DNA of 64,000 bases from Dehalococcoidales bacterium (GTDB lineage Bacteria; Chloroflexota; Dehalococcoidia; Dehalococcoidales; UBA5760): the NCBI GenBank assembly GCA_028716225.1, contig JAQUQE010000005.1, positions 65,017 through 129,016 of the forward strand. Direction: 5' to 3'. The translations under genes and the position numbers were made by a program. The notes under the pieces were generated by a model. That model worked only from the letters and a program-made list of their open reading frames with translations. It ran no database searches and was not told the DNA's origin. Below, piece after piece: positions 57,055-64,000 of the stretch. Positions within the stretch are counted from its first letter, which is position 1. Each line of letters opens with the position of its first letter.

Positions 57055-57524
57055 TTATGGATTATGCGGTATGCCTTTTTCATGGTTAACGCAAAGGTCT
57101 TCCTGCGCCAGAAGCTTCTCCAAGCGGGTATGCAACTCTTTATACATGGCGACAGCTCTACGTCCTTCATCGATCAGCGTAGCGTGTCCCCCCCCCTGCT
57201 CCCGCCGACAATCTTCTCGACCAAAGGCGAAGGAGCCAACCGGTTCATCGATGCTATCCATAGCCAGGCGTTGCGATAGGTCAGTCCCATGGAGCGGGCG
57301 GCGGCGGCAATTGACCCCATCTCGTTCAACCGTTCCAGAAGTATCACCCTACCCCAACCCAAGTACAGTTCACCGTCTTTCTCCACCCAGATACGGCCTC
57401 TTGTATGATAGCCCTCATCCGGGTGCCGAGATGGTTTCTTTCCCGGCCTGGCTGTCTTCGGCCTGTCCATACGTTCGTCCCCGAAACAAAATATGTCAAG
57501 CGGTGAGTTCATAGTCGTTGACAC
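57055..57524 (-). pseudogene. ModE-N-terminal-like (molybdate-type HTH) regulator interrupted by a -1 frameshift in a G9 tract
   Basis: Track ORFs 57174..57524 (...GSIAAAARSMGLTYRNAWLWIASMNRLAPSPLVEKIVGGSRGG) and 57055..57261 (...GGGHATLIDEGRRAVAMYKELHTRL) are the two halves of one ModE-like HTH domain. They join at a run of nine C (plus strand 57188-57196). One extra G would restore ...VGGSRGGGHATLIDEG.... Confidence 0.7.
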
Positions 57525-57546
57525 ATGCTAATTGAATTAGTATAAT
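57518..57546 (+). promoter_or_regulatory. Consensus sigma70 promoter with an internal inverted repeat, upstream of the Fur-family gene
   Basis: TTGACA (57518-57523), 17-nt spacer, TATAAT (57541-57546). The spacer contains CTAATT-G-AATTAG. Confidence 0.5.
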
Positions 57547-57576
57547 ATATCGGTTTTGCGAAAAGGTGCAATAACT

Positions 57577-57990
57577 ATGAGTTGCATTAAGACAATTAGG
57601 GAAAAAGGCCTAAAGCTAACGCTCCAGCGACAGCTGATTGTTGACGCTATCCACAGTACGCAGGAGCACCTAACTTCCGATCAAATCATAGCCCATGTCC
57701 AGGACAGAACGCCCGGCATCAACAAATCAACCGTCTACAGAACCCTGCAGCTTCTAGAAGAAGCGGGATGTATATACAAAAGCGAATTAGGCGGGCAGTT
57801 CATCTATCACCACAATGAAGAAGGGCATCACCATCACCTGATCTGCAGTAAATGCGGCAGGACCATAGATTGTAAAGACGAAATCTTCCGGCAATTTGAA
57901 AAAACAATCGAAGATAGATATGGCTTCCAGGCTACCTTCAATCATATGGTTATTAACGGGCTGTGTACAAAATGTAAGAGGCTGAGTTAA
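57577..57990 (+). CDS. Fur-family metal-responsive regulator
   Basis: ATG at 57577. Contains LTLQRQLIVDAI, NKSTVYRTLQLLEEAG, HHHHLICSKCG and CTKC. Confidence 0.88.
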   Translation: MSCIKTIREKGLKLTLQRQLIVDAIHSTQEHLTSDQIIAHVQDRTPGINKSTVYRTLQLLEEAGCIYKSELGGQFIYHHNEEGHHHHLICSKCGRTIDCKDEIFRQFEKTIEDRYGFQATFNHMVINGLCTKCKRLS

Positions 57991-58015
57991 GCACCCATAT
58001 ATTTTTTACACACTA

Positions 58016-58031
58016 TTGCATATATATGCAA
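58016..58031. promoter_or_regulatory. 16-bp perfect palindrome (operator candidate) upstream of the metal-uptake operon
   Basis: TTGCATATATATGCAA lies about 70 nt upstream of the GTG at 58103. A further TTGCAA half-site sits at about 58042. Confidence 0.4.
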
Positions 58032-58102
58032 AAAGTATCGGTTGCAAAACAAGCATCACTACAAACCCGACGGTAATAATAAAATAACAACAGGAGGTTC
58101 TA

Positions 58103-58852
58103 GTGAAGAAAAGGTTCCCTATCCCCGTTATTGCTCTTTCCATCCTGGCAGTCGCCCTGGCGGGCTGCGCCGGTGGTAGTGCAACTGGAAAACTGCAATT
58201 TTATGCCAATGGTGAAGATTTCGTACGCCAGGGATTCGTATCCAAAGACGGGTGGAGCATCAGTTTCGACCATGTTTATATCACCCTATCCGATATTGCC
58301 GCTTATCAAACCGAGCCGCCATACGATCCCTCTTCAGGTACAGACATCGATGCCAAAACGGAGATTGCCCTTGATGGAGTATACACCATAGATCTGGCAG
58401 AGGGTGGTGAGGATGCGCCGCCAATAATGCTGGCTGAGGTCTCAGACGCGCCCGTAGGTCACTACAATGCCATATCCTGGGAGATGTCGCAGGCAAGTTC
58501 CGGGCCGGCGGCTGGACACTCCCTGGTTATGATTGGTACCGCTGAGAAAGACGGGCAGAGCATAGACTTTACGATCAATATAGACGAAGAGTGTGAGTAT
58601 CTGTGTGGCGAGTATGTTGGCGATGTACGCAAAGGTATTCTAGAGGAAGGTAATACTGCTGAACTGGAAATGACCTTCCACTTCGATCACATTTTCGGTG
58701 ACGGTGAATTGCCACAAGATGACGAGCTTAACCTCGCTGCGGTGGGCTTTCAGCCTTTCGCGGACGGTGCCGATGCAGCGGGTGTCATTAATATGACCGA
58801 TATGCACCTGGGCCATGTCGGAGAGGGACACTGCCACTGCGCTTGTGAATAA
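58103..58852 (+). CDS. Lipoprotein with a His/Cys-rich C-terminal tail (putative periplasmic metal-binding component)
   Basis: GTG start after CAGGAGG. Lipobox LALAGC. C-terminus HLGHVGEGHCHCACE. Confidence 0.6.
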   Translation: MKKRFPIPVIALSILAVALAGCAGGSATGKLQFYANGEDFVRQGFVSKDGWSISFDHVYITLSDIAAYQTEPPYDPSSGTDIDAKTEIALDGVYTIDLAEGGEDAPPIMLAEVSDAPVGHYNAISWEMSQASSGPAAGHSLVMIGTAEKDGQSIDFTINIDEECEYLCGEYVGDVRKGILEEGNTAELEMTFHFDHIFGDGELPQDDELNLAAVGFQPFADGADAAGVINMTDMHLGHVGEGHCHCACE

Positions 58853-58921
58853 TTTAGCACAGGGAGGGACTTCTCCGATTTCAGTAGAGGCCTCTCCCTG
58901 CCCAAGGAGAACAATTATATC

Positions 58922-59386
58922 GTGTTTATCATAAAGCTAAAGTGGCAAAGTATCATAGCTGCCATCGCCATCACTATGGCTTGTCTGTTCATGCCAATGG
59001 AGGTCCATGCCCACGGAGTTAATATTAACTACACCAGTAATGTAGAGATTGAGATTATTGCTACCTACGATTCCGGGATCCCGATGGCAGGTGCTCAAGT
59101 AGCCGTTTATGCTCCGGACGATCCGACCACCCCCTGGTTGACCGGCAGCTGCGACGAGGAAGGGAGATTCAGCTTCGCTCCCGATACCGCTCGACCGGGT
59201 ATCTGGGATGTACAGGTACGACTCGCCGGGCATGGCGGGATTATACACATTCCTGTCGGCGGAGATACGACGACGGCCGATGGTCAAGTTGGCTTTAGTC
59301 ATCTCCAGATCGGAATCATGTCGGCTTGCGTTATCTGGGGAAGCACAGGTACTGCTCTCTATTTCTCAAAAAGGAGAAAAACCTGA
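58922..59386 (+). CDS. Secreted Ig-like (carboxypeptidase-regulatory/DUF4198-like) protein with a C-terminal TM anchor; putative Ni/Co uptake accessory component
   Basis: The signal peptide ends ...MEVHA/HG, so the predicted mature N-terminus is His. Followed by a beta-rich domain and a C-terminal TM helix plus KRRK. Its stop overlaps the cbiM start (TGATG). Confidence 0.55.
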   Translation: MFIIKLKWQSIIAAIAITMACLFMPMEVHAHGVNINYTSNVEIEIIATYDSGIPMAGAQVAVYAPDDPTTPWLTGSCDEEGRFSFAPDTARPGIWDVQVRLAGHGGIIHIPVGGDTTTADGQVGFSHLQIGIMSACVIWGSTGTALYFSKRRKT

Positions 59387-60027
59387 TGCATATCCCTGAC
59401 GGAATCCTCCCCTTATCGGTAACCGGAAGCGGGTATGCTGCTACCACATTAACCACCTGGTACTCTATCCGCAAGATAAGGCAGAAAGAAGACCCCCGGC
59501 AAGATATTCCTAAAGCCTCGCTCTTAACAGCAGCCTTCTTCATCGCATCGTGGATACATATCCCCGTGCCGCCAACCAGTGTTCATCTTGTCTTGAACGG
59601 ACTCCTGGGAGCCCTCCTGGGTTATTATGCTTTCCCGGCTATTCTCATCGGGTTATTCTTTCAGGCAATAATGTTCGGTCACGGCGGACTAACTACCCTC
59701 GGGGTTAATGCCATGATAATGGGATTACCGGCATTAATCGCCCATCATATATTCCGACTCAGAAAATGGCGTAATAGTGACGGTCAGAAAAAAACCGGGG
59801 CTTTTGGATTTCTATCCGGCGTGGTGGCCACGGGGATATCGGTAGCCATGTTTGTCATTATTCTACTTACCAATCTGCCTGCAGAGATAAATATCGTCAG
59901 CGAGCGGACGGCCGTATATGCTCTTGCCATCGCTCATATACCGGTAATCTTTATCGAAGGCACCATTACAGCGCTGGTAACCGTGTTTATAAGAAAAGTA
60001 CGGCCGGGAATACTGGATGGCGTATGA
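59386..60027 (+). CDS. cbiM: ECF transporter substrate-specific component CbiM/NikM
   Basis: The ATG at 59386 gives the MHIPDGIL N-terminus characteristic of CbiM/NikM. Polytopic membrane protein. Confidence 0.88.
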   Translation: MHIPDGILPLSVTGSGYAATTLTTWYSIRKIRQKEDPRQDIPKASLLTAAFFIASWIHIPVPPTSVHLVLNGLLGALLGYYAFPAILIGLFFQAIMFGHGGLTTLGVNAMIMGLPALIAHHIFRLRKWRNSDGQKKTGAFGFLSGVVATGISVAMFVIILLTNLPAEINIVSERTAVYALAIAHIPVIFIEGTITALVTVFIRKVRPGILDGV

Positions 60028-60812
60028 ACTTAGGAATAGATGAGTACACCGATCTGGATTCTCCGTTCCACCGCTGGGATCCCAGATATAAGATTGTCGG
60101 GCTGATTACTCTGGTCTTTGCCTTCTCTTTCATCCGCGATCTTCGTATGCTACTGGCTGTAGCCGTTGCTACCATAACTATCTACGGAATATCGCGTCTC
60201 CCGGCAGGCTATATCGCCAAGCGGTTTCGTTACCCTTCCTTTTTCCTGTTGGCAATAGTACTAAGCTTACCCTTTCTCTCCGGTGAGCACGTCTTAATGA
60301 GTTTAGGCCCGATCGCGCTGCGCCAGGAAGGTCTACTCGCTACGATTCTGATAGCCACCAGATTTTCCTGTATCCTGATCGTCGGCATGATACTCCTCGG
60401 TACAACACCTCTGCTTACCAATATCAAGGCGGTGAGGACCATCGGCCTACCGGATATTATGGCGGACATGGCACTTCTTGCTTTTCGCTATCTTCAAGAG
60501 ATCGGCAGGGATCTCAGAAATATGCAGACTTCAATGAGGCTCCGCGGCTTTAGAGATCGGCGTTTCAGTCCCAGAGGACTGAAAACACTGGCCTGGTTGA
60601 GCGGCAGTCTGCTGATTTACAGTTACGAGCGCTCTGAATCCATATATAAAGCAATGGTACTTCGCGGCTATGGGCAGGCACCGCCTCGCCAAAGCGAGTT
60701 TCAGGCTAATAAAAAAGATGCCCTGATTTTGGTAGCGATCATTCTGGCAGCCGCTGGCTTTATCATCGGAGATCTTATGCTTGGACACAGCACCTCTACC
60801 TTGCTACAATGA
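60024..60812 (+). CDS. cbiQ: ECF transporter transmembrane (T) component CbiQ
   Basis: 262-aa membrane protein with a CbiQ-like pattern (P.HR.DPR.K, ...RGF...). Overlaps both neighbours by 4 nt. Confidence 0.85.
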   Translation: MNLGIDEYTDLDSPFHRWDPRYKIVGLITLVFAFSFIRDLRMLLAVAVATITIYGISRLPAGYIAKRFRYPSFFLLAIVLSLPFLSGEHVLMSLGPIALRQEGLLATILIATRFSCILIVGMILLGTTPLLTNIKAVRTIGLPDIMADMALLAFRYLQEIGRDLRNMQTSMRLRGFRDRRFSPRGLKTLAWLSGSLLIYSYERSESIYKAMVLRGYGQAPPRQSEFQANKKDALILVAIILAAAGFIIGDLMLGHSTSTLLQ

Positions 60813-61597
60813 TTAGAAAAGAGACGTTCCAAGAAGAGATGACAGCTATCCATAATTTCGAGCCGGTTCTAAGCGTATCCGGGCTATGCTTCTCATATCC
60901 CGACAAGCCTGCTGTTCTAAATAATATTAGCCTTGAGGTAGCGGCAGGAGAAAAGGTGGGTATAATCGGCCCCAACGGCGCCGGAAAGACGACTTTCTTT
61001 TTGGCAATCTCGGGTGTCTTGAAACCCACATCCGGTGCTATCAGGATAATGGACAAGCCGGTGATAAGCGGCAAGTTCAATCCGGAAGTCGCCCTCGTTT
61101 TCCAGAATCCCGATGACCAGCTTTTTTGCCCATCCGTATATGATGACGTTGCCTTCGGCCCTCAGAACATGGGACTGCCCAAGGAAGAGATCGAGGCCAG
61201 AGTTTCGCAAGCATTGTCAACAGTAGGAGGTGAAAAATTTGCCGACCGGCCGGCACATCACCTTTCCGAGGGGGAAAAACGGCTGGTAACAATAGCCGGG
61301 GTGTTAGCCATGCAACCGAAGCTTGTGATATATGACGAACCAAGTGCTAATCTGGACATACGCTCGCGCAGGCGCCTGATTCGACTCCTGCAATCGTCCC
61401 CGGAGACAATTTTAGTCGCCTCCCACGATCTCGAACTTACCCTGGAGGTTTGCGACAGGCTGGTACTAATGGACCGGGGTTTTATCATCGTCGACGGGGA
61501 TCCGAAAGAGATTATGAACAATATTCAGTTAATGGAGGCTCACGGTCAGGAGAGGCCTCATTCACTCATTCCCCACCCAATACCTCACGAACTGTAA
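60809..61597 (+). CDS. cbiO: ECF transporter ATPase CbiO
   Basis: Walker A GPNGAGKTT, signature LSEGEKR, Walker B VIYDEP. Confidence 0.9.
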   Translation: MIRKETFQEEMTAIHNFEPVLSVSGLCFSYPDKPAVLNNISLEVAAGEKVGIIGPNGAGKTTFFLAISGVLKPTSGAIRIMDKPVISGKFNPEVALVFQNPDDQLFCPSVYDDVAFGPQNMGLPKEEIEARVSQALSTVGGEKFADRPAHHLSEGEKRLVTIAGVLAMQPKLVIYDEPSANLDIRSRRRLIRLLQSSPETILVASHDLELTLEVCDRLVLMDRGFIIVDGDPKEIMNNIQLMEAHGQERPHSLIPHPIPHEL

Positions 61598-61757
61598 TCC
61601 CGTTATTCATTTTTGATCACTTTGCCTGTAATTATCCTGAAGCCCCCATCCAGTTTCATCCCTTGACCGAGACCTCTTCAATTCCGGCTGCCCGGGATAG
61701 CCTAAAAAATCCATTCCACGCGGCTTGATTCGGGATTTCTACCGCCGATTGCTCACA

Positions 61758-62471
61758 TCAATGTTTCCTTCTCATGACAAAAAAGACGGAGCTATTACCT
61801 TCAGGATTCTTCCTGAACATATCCAACTCCTCTTGAGCCTGCCGGATCTCCTCTAGAACCTTCGGGTTAACCAGCATATTTGTTTGGTATTCAGCAAGCA
61901 GTTTTTCGAGAGGAGCGAAGTATTCCCTCCGCCAGGTTCCTTCGCTTAGTAAGAAGTAGCCAAGCAGCTCGTAGCCGCAATCGGATATCTGTTCCAGTTT
62001 ATCCTTGACGTTGCCTTGCTCATCGTGAATAACCATGGCACCACCCGGTTTAAGGAGCCGCTTCCACTCGCGAAGACCCCTCTCGAAACCAATGGTGTGT
62101 ATCGCCCCTTCAGCCCAGATAATATCAAAACTCTCTTCCGGGAAATCTATATCAAACAGAGAGCAATTAAACGCCTTAACCTGTTTGCTGATTCCTGCCG
62201 CCGCAATTCTTCCGGCAAACTTATCCAGTGCATTTTGATCGATGTCAATGCCGATTACCTCTCCCTGACCCAACCTGGCCAGTTCCAGGGTCGGGATACC
62301 AGAACCGCAACCGATATCAAGAATTTTAGACTTATCCATCTCAGGCATCATAAGGAATGCCTTCTCGGTATATTTAAGGAGACGGCTCCTTATCTGGTCC
62401 TTCAATACGTCGAAAGGCTCATGGTTTCTCTCATTACCAGGTTTTTTAACCATAATTACACCTCGTCGCAC
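61758..62471 (-). CDS. Class I SAM-dependent methyltransferase
   Basis: Motif I ILDIGCGSG and post-I IGIDID. 237 aa; the start may be the internal Met at MVKKPG. Confidence 0.8.
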   Translation of the reverse strand: MRRGVIMVKKPGNERNHEPFDVLKDQIRSRLLKYTEKAFLMMPEMDKSKILDIGCGSGIPTLELARLGQGEVIGIDIDQNALDKFAGRIAAAGISKQVKAFNCSLFDIDFPEESFDIIWAEGAIHTIGFERGLREWKRLLKPGGAMVIHDEQGNVKDKLEQISDCGYELLGYFLLSEGTWRREYFAPLEKLLAEYQTNMLVNPKVLEEIRQAQEELDMFRKNPEGNSSVFFVMRRKH

Positions 62472-62678
62472 ATATCAACAGACATCATACACGATTCCGG
62501 TAAACAGGCAGGCCAAATCTACGATTCTTCAATACCAATCATAATATGTTCAAAAAATGAAGGCAAAGTTGAAAAGAAGGACGATAAACGTGCTATATGT
62601 ATAAACGGATTCCCCTGCGTCTTGGTAAACGCCTTCTTCTGTTGGAAATTCATGGCAGTAATTCTCTGCCTACTACGT

Positions 62679-63284
62679 TCATAACTTAGGCTTAAACTGA
62701 ATCATGTAGTTATATCCAAGATCGGTAAAACCGGTCTTCTCAAAACCGCCCGGTGTTGTTAGCGCCTCGATTTCCTCCGGCGACAAACGAGCTTGCCTCG
62801 GCGGGCCGAACGGTGCATCCTGCTTTTTACATTCGATAATGACCAGCCTCCCATCCGGTTTCAGGACGCGCCGGATTTCGCCAAGCAACTGACTCATAGC
62901 TTTTTTCACGTCCTGCGTGTGCAGCACAGTAGACATAAAACATATGTCAATGCAATGATCCGCTACCGGTAATGTGGCAGTAATGTCAGAAACTACACCG
63001 AAGATATTCTCAAATCCTTGAGAGTCGGCTTTTTTTATCAAGTCATTAACCATTTCCGCACATTTATCTATTGCATATACCGCCCCATTAAAACCGACGA
63101 CTCCGGCAACATAAATTGCATAGTCCCCCGGACCGCAACCCAGATCCAGGAAAGAGTCGCCTCTTTTTAGCCCAATCTCGCCGAAGACAACCTCCGGGTC
63201 ATGCATCCAGAAACTGCTGGGACCTCTTCCGTACCTGCCTTGCCCATGACTGAATACGTTCATGTTTTCTCCCGGGTTATTCAT
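62679..63284 (-). CDS. Class I SAM-dependent methyltransferase (Methyltransf_11-like)
   Basis: Motif I FLDLGCGPG, then AIDKC and LKPDGRLVI. Confidence 0.8.
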   Translation of the reverse strand: MNNPGENMNVFSHGQGRYGRGPSSFWMHDPEVVFGEIGLKRGDSFLDLGCGPGDYAIYVAGVVGFNGAVYAIDKCAEMVNDLIKKADSQGFENIFGVVSDITATLPVADHCIDICFMSTVLHTQDVKKAMSQLLGEIRRVLKPDGRLVIIECKKQDAPFGPPRQARLSPEEIEALTTPGGFEKTGFTDLGYNYMIQFKPKL

Positions 63285-63490
63285 AGTAATTCCCCTCTGT
63301 ATCCGTTAATTTTCTCCGCCCATAAAGACATGTATTACTTCCCGTCCCGGATTGTGAATATTAATATTGCTCACTCTATCCTCTTGATCAGATCATTTCA
63401 TCTGTCAGTTATTGCAATAAGTTGCACTACATAGTAAGAAAAAACTGCCCGGGAGAACAACAGCTACTTGATATCAGGGATATTATCTAC

Positions 63491-63964
63491 CTATTCCCAA
63501 TGCAGCTTAGTGAATATCCCGGCAACGTCTCGCAACGAAATTGCCAGCCTTATCATGTCTTTGTCAGTCAGTACAGATAGCTTAGATTCCATGCGGCTTC
63601 TCATAATCGGGTCTAGCATTTTCAGATATTCTTTCCCTTTATGAGTCAGCTTAATATGGACCTTTCTTCTGTCCCTGGCATCCCCTTGTCTTTCTATCAT
63701 GCCTAGCTTTATCAGTTTATCGGTCGAATGCGTCATCTGCGACCGGGATATTACAACTTCCTCGCTGATCTCACTCATGCTGAGAGGCCCGCTTTCACGC
63801 AGCATCTTCAGTATCATCAGATGGTGCGGCGCCATATCTTCGCCTGATTTCTCAATTGTCATCTTAAATACATCTCTGTGTATCTTCTTATGCATAATAG
63901 GCAACACACAGACGAGCAGTCCGAATATTTCGTTAAAATGCCTGCTTGACATGGTATGCTCCAC
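63491..63964 (-). CDS. MarR-family transcriptional regulator
   Basis: Winged helix with LSMSEISEEVVISRSQMTHSTDKLIKLGMIERQGDARDRRKV. Confidence 0.8.
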   Translation of the reverse strand: MEHTMSSRHFNEIFGLLVCVLPIMHKKIHRDVFKMTIEKSGEDMAPHHLMILKMLRESGPLSMSEISEEVVISRSQMTHSTDKLIKLGMIERQGDARDRRKVHIKLTHKGKEYLKMLDPIMRSRMESKLSVLTDKDMIRLAISLRDVAGIFTKLHWE

Positions 63965-64000
63965 AGCGATATGATTTATCTAATAAATATTTTATTTAAT

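Noticed and set aside
1-64000. Scan for CRISPR arrays, rRNA, IS elements, transposases, integrases and toxin-antitoxin pairs.
   Set aside because: No regularly spaced repeats, no rRNA-like conserved stretches, and no DDE, tyrosine- or serine-recombinase motifs were recognised by eye. Absence is not proven without computational scans.

Overview
This 64-kb chromosomal window is bacterial and uses the standard code, with TGA as an ordinary stop (for example selA and the 58922..59386 ORF). The gene content (class II RNR with NrdR, a PurS-PurL fusion, a DUF5679 mini-protein, CbiMQO) suggests a Chloroflexota/Dehalococcoidia-like organism; this is inference only. All family calls come from motif recognition by eye, and no searches were run.

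Most of the window is housekeeping: gatCA, trpS, argS, recG, purLQ and nrdR-nrdJ. A selenium-utilisation gene set is spread across it (DUF3343-selD at the 5' end, selA-selB at 26.3-29.6 kb). The rest is transporters (three ABC systems, MATE, ECF-type CbiMQO), regulators (Rrf2, two MarR, MerR/GyrI, Fur-family, a NarL-type two-component pair, a frameshifted ModE-like gene), a DUF58/DUF4129/MoxR cluster and assorted enzymes.

Main leads:
1. An AT-rich islet (about 53.9-57.0 kb) carries a tubulin/FtsZ-superfamily GTPase whose motifs look CetZ/tubulin-like rather than like canonical FtsZ. A 38-bp perfect direct repeat brackets it, and small zinc-ribbon proteins follow it.
2. A cell-surface protein gene (24381..25679, minus strand) has its signal peptide separated from the mature part by a single in-frame TGA. 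A hairpin follows that resembles the one after the Sec codon of selD, so this is a candidate secreted selenoprotein.
3. selD itself is Sec-encoded, and the ORF track truncates it.
4. Other leads: a rubredoxin-ThDP enzyme fusion, an orphan 822-aa HerA/FtsK-like ATPase, a ModE-like regulator broken at a G9 tract, and a Fur-linked Ni/Co uptake cluster with unusual accessory proteins and perfect palindromic operators.

No rRNA, tRNA, CRISPR array or transposase was recognised.
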